NCBI RefSeq assembly: GCF_000485595.1
Contig: NW_014577088.1
Span: forward strand, 920,876-966,681
From: Priapulus caudatus
Taxonomy: Eukaryota
Direction: 5' to 3'
Length of the DNA: 45,806 nt
In this document: in pieces, positions 35,733 to 45,806 of the stretch
Position numbering within the stretch: position 1 is the first letter of the stretch
How the letters are laid out: each line of letters begins with the position of its first letter
Notes under the pieces: model-generated
What the model was told of the DNA's origin: nothing
Seen by the model: the letters and a program-made list of their open reading frames with translations, nothing else
The model's database searches: none
Made by a program: the position numbers and the translations under genes

Positions 35733-37831
35733 GCTCTTTATTAGTATGCGAGGAGTCTAATCATAAACTGATAGTATTCACTGACAGTATACAAATTGAT
35801 TGTATTCATGTCAAATCAAATGCACGCCCGTCCTTTTCGGGAATTCATATTTTTGCGAAGACGCATATGCGTAGGCGGGCTAAAAGTTGTATTGCATTTA
35901 GCTGCAAGGGGCATTGCGCAAGAAGGGATGATGCAGTAGTGTATAAGAAGCTGGATAGCTGTGTGTTATATCATTATTGATCATAAACGGAAAAATTTGT
36001 GTGCAAAAACGGCCTCGGCAGTAGAGAGGAAGGTCGTTCGCTTTCCGTGAAAGAAAAACGTGTAAAACGGTGTTGTCAGCGTTATCTATATTTGTCTTAT
36101 CTATATATAGAGTACGAAAACAGTCTATAGGCGGGCGAGCTTGTGGAAGTTTATCACAGTAGTCAGGCACGATACCAAGTAACGAAATCATTATGCAACT
36201 GCGAGCGACGCGTCTATCCCGAAAATGCCGTTCTTGAAAATGTGCTCGTGCAACCGCGCCATCCGCAAAATATAAAAATATGTGTATCATGCGTCGGGAC
36301 TCCATTTCCTCCCAGAAGGCTGTCTCTATGCGAGAAAGATACATATTATAATTGCAATCTGTTCTAATCAATGCAGACACTTTGAATTCGCATATGATTA
36401 CGTTGAAAACTAATCTGAATTTTTAAATACGTATATTTGCGGCGAGTGTAATGCATTGCGGCTCCAATTGCTTTGGGCGCGGGTGCAGAACGTAACTGAT
36501 GCTCGCGCGTGAGTGTGGCGTGCGTTTGTTTCTATGTTTGCCTGCTGTGTGCTATAGTACGCACTCATAGAACTAGAATAGAATCTATTCTAGTTCTATG
36601 GTATCACTGTCTGACCTGAGCACTACCCAGGTGACGTCACGCCGTGGCGTTACACCGTCGATTGACGTCACGCCATGCGTGACGGCTACCGGCGTAACGA
36701 TACTCTGTGGCGTGAACCATACCATGTGACGTCACGCTGAACTATGAGCGCAACCGGCCGCCGTGATCTACGTCATCGACGACGTACTGGTCACTGGTCA
36801 GCAAGGGAAAACTAGCCGACCGCCATATTGCGGCCAGCGAATCCATTAGCCGTGATCAATGCAATATATGCGGCTAAGAATTTGCAATCAGGAAAGCCAG
36901 CTCGCTGTCAACGCTGCTGCTGCTGCGGTCGCCGCAGCTGATCCTATCTGAGTCGACGCGCACTATCTCATCGCTCCGCGCTGGCTGCCGAAGGTGGTGA
37001 TAATTGGCGGCGAGTACGCGACTAGTTACAGTGAACGCTTTGCCGATGATCAATTAAAGCACTGCTGATGCTGCTAAATTCGAAGAAGGATGCAGTTTGG
37101 TTTCGCTAATCACCAGTAGCAGCTTCATCGCAGCATGAACATCATCGTTAGCACTTGTATGGCAGATTATACGGAACGCGCATTTGCTGCGGCGTACGCG
37201 CGTCAGCCGTCACTCACCTTTGTAATTGCACGTATTACCAGCGTTACTTGAAGCGAACCTAAAGATCTATGCCTCAAGAAAGCGTGCTAATTTGTACAGA
37301 AGGGAAACGTGTCACCACCCCCTTGTTGCACCTGAATAACAGCAGGCGTGTCATACAGGAGTGTTGAGTGCACCTTATCACGCATGCAGAGGAAACGTAG
37401 CACTACGGCTGCATGGATATGTCTCTGTTACACAGTGTGTACCTGCATAAGTTACACATTGGAAAGCGTGTGTGACACAGAGAGGGCACAGACTTGCACG
37501 CTACGCTTTGAAATCAGAGCTTCTCCGATGCATGCGACCTGTAAAATGTGTGAAGCGGCAGTAACAATGTAAATCTCGACCTGGATTAAGGTCAGGGATT
37601 AACTCGCAACCGTCGCCACATAAATGGAATCAGTTTTATGCTGTAGCCGCAATAAATGCTATCATCAACTTGCCAGTAGTCCGCGATGAATGACCGCTAG
37701 ATAACGGACGATGTAAAAATGTATGGTATAAACCTCAGATAAAACGTTGAATCTTAGTAAGAGGCTCCTATAGAAGTCGATATGCAGAACTCAGTCGCAG
37801 TGTGGTATATTACGTATGTATATTATATATG

Positions 37832-37868
<37 letters not shown>

Positions 37869-40155
37869 CTATATATATAATATCAAGAGCTAATAATACT
37901 TAATATATATTATTATAGGACATATGGTAGGTACGCTAATAGCCATTATTAGCTATTGATATATCTATATATATATATAGTATATTATATATTATCAGAA
38001 GTAGATAATAGGGAAGGAGTGTGACTTCAATAAACAAGAGAAATTCGTCATTACTAGCCTTAGAATACCTACGATTTACTACGCGTAACTCAACCAACTT
38101 GAGCTCAAATCGTACACAGTACATTCGCCTAGCATCGTGCGAAATCGTTTCCCTCGTATACACCCGCAATCCGGAGATACAGACTAAAACGTACGACACG
38201 ATTTTCCATTATGTTGCCAGCAAAACTGAATGTGTAAACCGCCTAAGTCGAAACAAAAGGGCAGCTTACTAACGACTCTTGCGCCCTCGCGATGCGGTGT
38301 GGCTCGCTGAGCTAATCTTTTATCTATTTACAGCTGCCTTTTGTTTCGAGTTAGGCGGTTTACACATTCAGTTTTGCTGCAGACATAATGGAAATCGTGT
38401 CGTACGTTTTAGTCTGTATCTCCGGATTGCGGGTGTTTACGAGAAACGATTTCGCACGATGCTAGGCGAATGTACTGTGTACGATTTGAGCTCAAATTGG
38501 GTTGAGTTACGCGTAGGAATTCTAAGGCTAGTAAATGACGAATTTCCCTTGTTTATTGAAGTCACTCCTTCCTATCTATTATCTACTCTTGATTTATATA
38601 TAGGTATCCGTTACTGGAACAAAATCACATGTATTTTGTTTTTTTGCGTTGGACATATTTCTATCGTGGGTAATTTTAGCAACGGTCGGATTTTCAGACG
38701 CCCTATTATGCTAATGTGTTTACTTTTACAGTTGAGAATCTTAGTATTGTTGTTCACCATCTTGTGTTGTCAGCTTATGTTGTCAGCTTATCATATGTTT
38801 ATCTCGTCTGCTTCATCTTATCTGCATTCTCTCCATGTACCTTTATTCAGCAGGGCGTTATCTCGTGGCATTTATCCCGCATGGCTTAATCTCATGTGAC
38901 TTATATAAATCAGGGAGCCCTTTATTGCATCTGCTTTTAGGCTCGTGTGTCGCTATCCCGCCTGGATTTACCTTATAGCTGTCTTTATATGGATTTACAT
39001 TATAGCTGTCTTTATATGGATTTACCTTATAGCTGTCTTTATATGGATTTACCTTATAGCTGTCTTTATATGGATATTACCTTATAGCTGTCTTTATATG
39101 GATTTACCTTATAGCTGTCTTTATATGGATTTACCTTATAGCTGTCTTATATGGATTTACCTTATCTGTCTTTATATGGATTTACCTTATAGCTGTCTTT
39201 ATATGGATTTACCTTATAGCTGTCTTTATATGGATTTACCTTGCTGCTTTATATGGATTTACCTTATAGCTGTCTTTATCTTATATCGTTTCGTTTTTTT
39301 TTCGGCATCGCGTGATCGTCTAGTGCTTTGTATTGAGTAGCTTCTCAGATGGTGCGTTGTGTATCTCACGTGCCTTCCTTTCTTGTGTTTCGTCGAGGAG
39401 TTGCCAATTGTCATTATTTTTACAGGACATCCGGAAGATCGACCCCAGACCGAAACAGATTTCAAGCACGTCACAAATATACCATATATATATATATATA
39501 TAATATTCAATTAAGTATATTATAATGTTGCAATATTCTAGTAGCTATAAATAAAATACTTAGGTTGTTGAAGCTGGTTGGACTCATTCGCTGCACTCTG
39601 ATTTTTGATATTCGCTCGACAGTTATGACATATCCCACAAAAAACTTCAAGGGCCATTTTGCAGATTTTAGGTTTTTTATTTCTTGACGTGGTTCACTTC
39701 AGCCTAATTCTATTGAAACTCTCTGAAGTATAGAGTCATGCTGGAGTCATAGTCATCAGATTGACTGTGCATGGGAAGAGCCAATAATACAAATTTCATC
39801 GACCGAAATTCATTCGTGTTGCGCAATGCATTAATGGGAAAATAATATTGTCCAGCCTCCATGTCACGAGATTTTACCCGGCCGTAAATTTGATAGATAT
39901 TACAACAGACCTCTTGGCCTCATTAACTCCAAATTATATTCGATATTATGTCATATTTTTTAAATGAGAAAATGTACTTAGGCCTTATTTATAGGCATAC
40001 GTAACGATTCTCAATGCCTCATCTCTAATTCGGGGCGCAATGATTGATTGGGGGCGCATTTGATGTCTTAATTAAATCGTGACACACTACGCGCGATTTT
40101 TCATGCGATCGAGCCGGCCGGCTCAATCGGGCGACTCTGTGGACACACTACGCGA
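35733..40155 (-). repeat. Arm 2 of the inverted duplication of 29138-33377
   Basis: Contains counterparts of the micro-element (36566-36600), the foldback (37996-38591) and the minisatellite (38963-39278). Confidence 0.97.
38963..39278 (-). repeat. 27-bp minisatellite, 12 copies (counterpart of 30018-30177)
   Basis: Twelve GGATTTACCTTATAGCTGTCTTTATAT-type units counted. Confidence 0.93.
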
Positions 40156-40746
40156 CTGAGTCGGGCGACTCTGTGGATTTTCAGCACGTGATTGTCTGAT
40201 GAATTGTACAATTGGCCGGCTCAAATCGCAGACAACCGGGCACATTAGGCGATTGCAGCCGACCGGCTCAAATATTACTACGCGATTTTTCATGCGATCG
40301 AGCCGGCCGACCGAGCCGGCCGCGAAATTTTTTCTCACTTGAGTTCGCGGACCACATGCAGCACAATACAGCGACTTCCATTCACTCGACTTCCTCGTGC
40401 GAAGCAAAAATGTAAAATGAATACCGCCTAACGCCTAACCCTAACCTTACCTCTAACTATAATCCAAACCATATAATACGAAATCATATATTACAAAACA
40501 CTATCTATGGTGGGTCGGAACTCAAGTGGGAAAAAAAATTCGCGGAGGCCGGCCGGCTCGATCGCATGAGAAATCGCGTAGTGTGTCCAGTGAGTCGCGG
40601 TCGATTTTCGAGTCGGCCGGCGAAGTCGCCCGATTCAAACATGTTTGATAATTATTTGAGGCCGGCCGGCTGCAATCGCCTAGTGTGCCCGGTCTGCGAT
40701 TGAGCCGGCCGATTGTGACAATCATCAGCCAATGCAGCGTGCTGAA
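40074..40746. mobile_element. Two partial, oppositely oriented copies of the GTGGACACACTA MITE, one carrying a nested insertion
   Basis: 40074-~40277 matches the left part of 41647-42014. ~40278-40746 matches its reverse complement apart from the 40322-40543 insert, and runs into the gap. Confidence 0.8.
40322..40543. mobile_element. Nested TIR element with GCGAA(A)TTTT ends, degenerate CCTAAC repeats and probable 9-bp TSD (MULE-like)
   Basis: GCGAAATTTTTTCTCACTTGAGTTC ... GAACTCAAGTGGGAAAAAAAATTCGC. Host motif GAGCCGGCC lies on both sides (right copy noisy). The paralogous host at ~41940-41990 lacks the insert. Confidence 0.75.
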
Positions 40747-41543
40747 NNNNNNNNNNNNNNNNNNNNNNNNNNNNNNNNNNNNNNNNNNNNNNNNNNNNNN
40801 NNNNNNNNNNNNNNNNNNNNNNNNNNNNNNNNNNNNNNNNNNNNNNNNNNNNNNNNNNNNNNNNNNNNNNNNNNNNNNNNNNNNNNNNNNNNNNNNNNNN
40901 NNNNNNNNNNNNNNNNNNNNNNNNNNNNNNNNNNNNNNNNNNNNNNNNNNNNNNNNNNNNNNNNNNNNNNNNNNNNNNNNNNNNNNNNNNNNNNNNNNNN
41001 NNNNNNNNNNNNNNNNNNNNNNNNNNNNNNNNNNNNNNNNNNNNNNNNNNNNNNNNNNNNNNNNNNNNNNNNNNNNNNNNNNNNNNNNNNNNNNNNNNNN
41101 NNNNNNNNNNNNNNNNNNNNNNNNNNNNNNNNNNNNNNNNNNNNNNNNNNNNNNNNNNNNNNNNNNNNNNNNNNNNNNNNNNNNNNNNNNNNNNNNNNNN
41201 NNNNNNNNNNNNNNNNNNNNNNNNNNNNNNNNNNNNNNNNNNNNNNNNNNNNNNNNNNNNNNNNNNNNNNNNNNNNNNNNNNNNNNNNNNNNNNNNNNNN
41301 NNNNNNNNNNNNNNNNNNNNNNNNNNNNNNNNNNNNNNNNNNNNNNNNNNNNNNNNNNNNNNNNNNNNNNNNNNNNNNNNNNNNNNNNNNNNNNNNNNNN
41401 NNNNNNNNNNNNNNNNNNNNNNNNNNNNNNNNNNNNNNNNNNNNNNNNNNNNNNNNNNNNNNNNNNNNNNNNNNNNNNNNNNNNNNNNNNNNNNNNNNNN
41501 NNNNNNNNNNNNNNNNNNNNNNNNNNNNNNNNNNNNNNNNNNN
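40747..41543. other. Assembly gap
   Basis: N run. Confidence 1.
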
Positions 41544-42175
41544 AGCCGTTACACCTGGACACTGTCTAGCGCGCGACCAGTCTGTAAAATACGCGGCTTC
41601 AGAAATACTTTATTTATCGTTCACGAACGAGGAAAGCCGCGTCTAAACTCTGTGGGACACACTACGCAATTTTTCATGCGTTCGAGCCGGCCGGCTCAGT
41701 CGCGGCGACTCTGTGGACACACTTACGCGACTGAGTCGGGCGACTCTGTGGATTTTTCAGCACGCTGATTGGCTGATGAATTGTACAATCGGCGCCGGCT
41801 CAATCGCAGACGCCGGCACACTATACTAGGCGATTGCAGCCGCCGGCTCAAATAATTATCAAACATTTTTGAATCGGGCGACTCGGCCGGCCGACTCGAA
41901 AATCGACCGCGACTCACTGGACACACTACGCGATTTCTCATGGACGTCGAGCCGGCGGCTCTGGTCGCGCCGGCTCCGATCGCATGAAAAATCGCCTATA
42001 GTGTGTCCACCCCTTAAGAGATCTGGTATTTTTCAAGCACGGCCAAATTATTCGGGTCTGAAGCCGCGTATTTACATCAAATACCGGATCTGGTTAGATA
42101 CCGTATTTCTTGGACCGCGTAATTTGCCTTGTGTGAACGCTAATACCGGATTTCTTGCCACGTGTGAACGCGGCT
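41544..42175. mobile_element. Host MITE of the GCGTTCACAC type interrupted by the Harbinger-type MITE
   Basis: Right end GTGTGAACGCGGCT. Inverted pair AAATACGCGGCTTCAGA (~41587) / TCTGAAGCCGCGTATTT (~42057) brackets the guest. A related degenerate copy lies at ~43020-43190. Confidence 0.55.
41647..42014. mobile_element. 368-bp PIF/Harbinger (Tourist-like) MITE with TAA TSD
   Basis: TAA (41644-41646) then ...GTGG(G)ACACACTACGC ... TAGTGTGTCCACCCCT then TAA (42015-42017). Other ends of the family (~29217, 35622) also abut TAA/TTA. Confidence 0.78.
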
Positions 42176-42322
42176 TGTGTGCCTGAGAGAGCTTGTGGGC
42201 GTGCGCGCGTGCGTGTGTGTGTGTGTGAAAGTGAGCAAGGAGAAATGTGTGAGGAAAATGTGCGAGTATAAATGGAACATAGAAAATAAAAATCGATGGC
42301 AGTTAAAACAGACACATCAAAC

Positions 42323-42382
42323 GAACATCACAGAACATCACAGAACATCCACAGAACATCACAGAACATCACAGAACATCAC
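42323..42382. repeat. 10-bp tandem repeat AACATCACAG (~6 copies) followed by (GA)n to ~42572
   Basis: Direct reading. Confidence 0.92.
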
Positions 42383-42397
42383 GACGGCTAGAGCGAG

Positions 42398-42441
<44 letters not shown>

Positions 42442-43599
42442 GAGAGAAGAGAGACGAGAGAGGAGGAGAGAGAGGAGGAGAGAGACGAGACGAGAGACGA
42501 GAGAGAGAGGATAGAGAGAGAGAGGAGAGAGAGAGAGAGAAAGAGAGCGAGAGCGAGAGAGAGAGAGAGAAAATGAAAGCGGGGTATATGGGGAGGAAGA
42601 AGAGTGGACTGATAATGCGCGTATGCACGCGCGCATACACGAGTCAGTGTGTTGTTTCTAACAGTGCGGTGGTTTGGCAAGCTCAATTGCTTCAGCCAGC
42701 TAACTTGCGAGTAGAGCGTCCATGTCGGTAAAATGTAGGAAATGTGAGCGAAGGAAGCTGGTCCTATGCACTTGTGTGTAGGGCGTGCTTGCATGAGGTA
42801 GCGTTCCGTGTTCCAGCAGCGCTTTAGTGGCGAATGTTCGAACTATACGCACAGCACGGCTTAGCACGCTAATACACGCACGCGCTAGGTACAGTATCTA
42901 GTCGCTCTGTAAAATCGCTCTAGTATGAAGCGTACACCTATAGCTCCGAGGGGTCGTTTATTGTGGGACATCTATCATTTAGTGCTACATCAACCTAAAC
43001 ACAATAATTCATTGAGTGTAACGCGAGTGGAACTGTCGAGCGCGGACCAGTCTACGTATTTTATCGGCAGTTGGTGCGCATTGCATTGTTTATTCTTCGC
43101 AGATTCGCTTTGTTTGCTTGATTGTATAAAGCAGCTCGCAGCTCGCAAATACCGTATTTCTGGAGCCGCGAATCAGCGTGTGAACGCTCGTACGAACGCT
43201 TACACATCGCTCCTGCTAGTCTGATTGATTCGGTTTGGAGCTACGAAGCTCAGAGAAAAAACAACTTGTCTTCAGTTGCACGTCGAAGCACACAATTATC
43301 CGTCGCGCTCTATATCACAGACAGCGTCTGCTGTGGCAGCCAGCTGCAGCGCGCGCGCGACAACAACATGACACTAATGCAAATAAATAAATCCGCCACG
43401 CAACAAGTATGAATGGCCGGCAATCGATCAGGCAATTGCGAGCAATCTACAATCACGCCAATACATGTCTGCCCCGAATGGCATCGGCACCGCGTTTCGT
43501 CATAGCGGTAACCGCGCAACACTTGCAGCATTTGACAATATTGAAAACAATGTCGGCGAGTAACTAGGAAACGCATGCTCGGTGAGCTCCTCCCGGTAA

Positions 43600-44005
43600 T
43601 TGTATCTCCCGCGACGAAGTCGGCGGGGATATTATGGTTTCATGTCTCCCCAACCGCCGCCGCCGCCGCTCGGTCCGCCGCAAAGAATTTCCCTTCCGCT
43701 CTATAACTCGACCCCTAATTGACCTAGCGTGACCAAACTTCCCTTCCGCTCTATAACTCGGCCCCTAATTGACCTAGCGCTACCAAACTTGGTATACTTA
43801 CACATCTTGGGGAGAAGGTGTGTCGCGTACTGAAACCAGGTCACTGAAACCTTTATTTGACCTAGACCTTGACCTTCATCATATTTCCCTTTCACTCTAT
43901 AACTCGGCCCCTAATTGACCTAGCGCTACCAAACTTCGTATACTTACACATCTTGGGGAGAACACGGGGGATACATGTAGTTGGCGACAACTGCCCTTTC
44001 TAGTT
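43600..44005 (+). mobile_element. Complete HINE (Helentron/DINE-1/pearl-like) element
   Basis: 5' subTIR TGTATCTCCCG (43601) with adjacent hairpin; (CCG)n; tandem core repeats (CTCTATAACTCGRCCCCTAATTGACCTAGCG x3); 3' subTIR CGGGGGATACA (43965-43975); 3' hairpin AGTTG-GCGA-CAACT; terminal CTAG-TT. Confidence 0.85.
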
Positions 44006-44172
44006 AAATAGGGGAACGCAGGAAGGATGAGAGGCAGAGCTATCTACATTCTACACAACGGCTGACATGCATTTCACAGATGCCAAGTGACAAGTTGACA
44101 ACGTACGGAATTGTTAAAATGCCTTCGTCCATGCGTTTACTTCGGGCAGCTGTTAGGGGTTAGGGCCCCGGA

Positions 44173-45076
44173 GCGAATTTTCCATTAGTTAACGTTATAT
44201 CCATGCATTGGGCTCCTCCGATTGGCTGCTCTGATTTGCTTTGACTCAACAAACCTTCAAAACAAGAGAACAAAGTTCGCCATTTGTAAATATTTGTTTT
44301 AGTTTATGATCGGTAGATATAAGTAAGTTTTCTGATGTATTTTCTATGAAAAACACACATTTTACTCATTAATATAAAATATAATAATCACTATAATTAC
44401 AATTATTTGCGTAAATGTGCTATTTTCATCGTTAACGTTAAGTTATAAGAGGGTCTGGGCTCTCGTAATACTACATACGTACGTATACGTACTCGTACTA
44501 TAGAGTAGCCCTTCGCTCCGTCACAGGAGGAAGGAGCCAAGGGCTATAGACTATATTACTAGAGCTTTACGTACTCGTTGACGCTAGACTTAGCAAAAAG
44601 TAAACAAACCTTTGTTATTAAACGACACGTATGCGTTAGTACTTGTTTACATTTGAAAATACATGTACACAAAGAATTGCAATTATAGTGATATGATATT
44701 TTATCTTAATGAGTAAAATGTGTTTTAAATATTTCAAAAAAATACACCAGAAATACGTATACGTACGTATGTAGTAAGTGTTACGAGAGCCCAGACCCTC
44801 TCATAACTTAACGTTAACGATGAAAATAACACATTTACACAAAGAATTGTAAATATAGTGATATTATATTTTATATTAATGAGTAAAATGTGTTTTTCAT
44901 GGAAAATACATCAGAAAACTTACTTATCTATCTACCGATCATAAACCATAACAAATATTTACAAATGGCGTTTGTTCCCTTGTTTTGAAAGTTTGTTGAG
45001 TCAAAGCAAATCAAAGAGCCAATCAGAGGAGCCAAAAACTCTGCAATGGATATAACGTGTAGGAAAAAAAATTCGC
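44173..45076. mobile_element. 904-bp foldback element, ~320-bp TIRs, 9-bp TSD (MULE/Foldback-like)
   Basis: Arms 44173-44491 and 44754-45076, ends GCGAATTTT / AAAATTCGC. Flanks GGCCCCGGA / GGCCCGCGA (7 of 9). An outer perfect AGGGGTTAG duplication (44155-44163, 45087-45095) gives an alternative boundary of 44164-45086. Confidence 0.85.
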
Positions 45077-45099
45077 GGCCCGCGACAGGGGTTAGTCTT

Positions 45100-45500
45100 T
45101 CTGCTAGCTGTGTCCTTTCGATCGTTCCCGAATAGCTCGAGCCTCAATACACTTTTACGATCCTCTTGCATCTCACTCCAACCAGCCACCTGACCACTGC
45201 CATCTTCCTCTTAGGTGTCCATGTGTTTTCTGTGACCATTCATAAAACTAGTTCACTCTCTTTGCTAGTTCGCTCTCTATCTCTTTCCCAAGCCGACTCC
45301 TTTCTAACCACCTGTTTCCTCATAGCGTCCATACATTTTGCATGAGCTTCCTGCTCGTCGTTTCAGTTTCTTCACCCCGACAACCCATACCCGCTCCCAG
45401 CCAGCTGTTGCCCTCCCAGGGTCCCTAACAAAATACTCCCTGTCTATATTTTTTGTCTATACACATTTTTGTGTGTCACTAGGTACCTCCATGCAGCGAG
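45100..45500 (-). mobile_element. Possible decayed non-LTR retrotransposon ORF2 C-terminal fragment
   Basis: Frameshifted minus-strand translation (WRYLVTHK / KNIDREYFVRDPGRA...KLKRRAGSSCKMYGRYEET / SAWERDRER...RWLVG) resembles the C-x2-C...ET zinc-knuckle region of LINE ORF2; by-eye similarity only. Confidence 0.3.
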
Positions 45501-45806
45501 TCATCTAACAGCTTCGCGCATATACAGTGTGCAGTAATGGTAGGGACTACGTCACGAATTTTCTATGGTAAAATTTGTAAAAAAAAAATTCCCATTTTTT
45601 TACATTAAAAGTAAGAACTAACGTTACTAAAAATATCCTCAAACTCTCACCTGATAAAAATGTTTTTACGTTGGTTAAATTTGAAAAAATCTAGACGATT
45701 TGGTAATTTCTGTTGTCTAACACTATTCCCCCAGTACTGTTCAGATACTGGCGTCTCTCTGTTTTTTACCGGCAAATTAGGGCATATAAAGAAGGTATAT
45801 AAGCAT

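Noticed and set aside
38279..39340. 206-aa and 131-aa ORFs
   Set aside because: They lie in a foldback arm and a 27-bp minisatellite, and the frames are not preserved in the duplicate arm.

Overview
Non-coding, repeat-rich eukaryotic DNA, most consistent with an invertebrate animal that uses TTAGGG telomeres (inferred from interstitial TTAGGG tracts and the transposon families; the species cannot be named from sequence alone). No protein-coding gene, RNA gene or CRISPR array is supportable: the long ORFs are translations of microsatellites, minisatellites or N-gaps. The window is packed with short non-autonomous DNA transposons, several delimited to the base by target-site duplications (TSDs). 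These include P-superfamily-like elements with CA...TG ends and 7-8 bp TSDs, ranging from a 35-bp perfect palindrome to ~600-bp foldbacks; MULE-like foldbacks with 9-bp TSDs; a TAA-flanked Harbinger-type MITE; Helentron/DINE-1-like (HINE) elements; and TIR elements carrying telomeric repeats. Four multi-hundred-bp to multi-kb duplications, three inverted and one direct, look like allelic or noisy long-read copies placed by assembly or gap-filling rather than real duplications. Unique stretches at ~19.1-20.3 kb and ~31.9-32.5 kb carry enhancer-like motif clusters. The best candidate for an undescribed system is the size continuum of P-like palindromic micro-elements.
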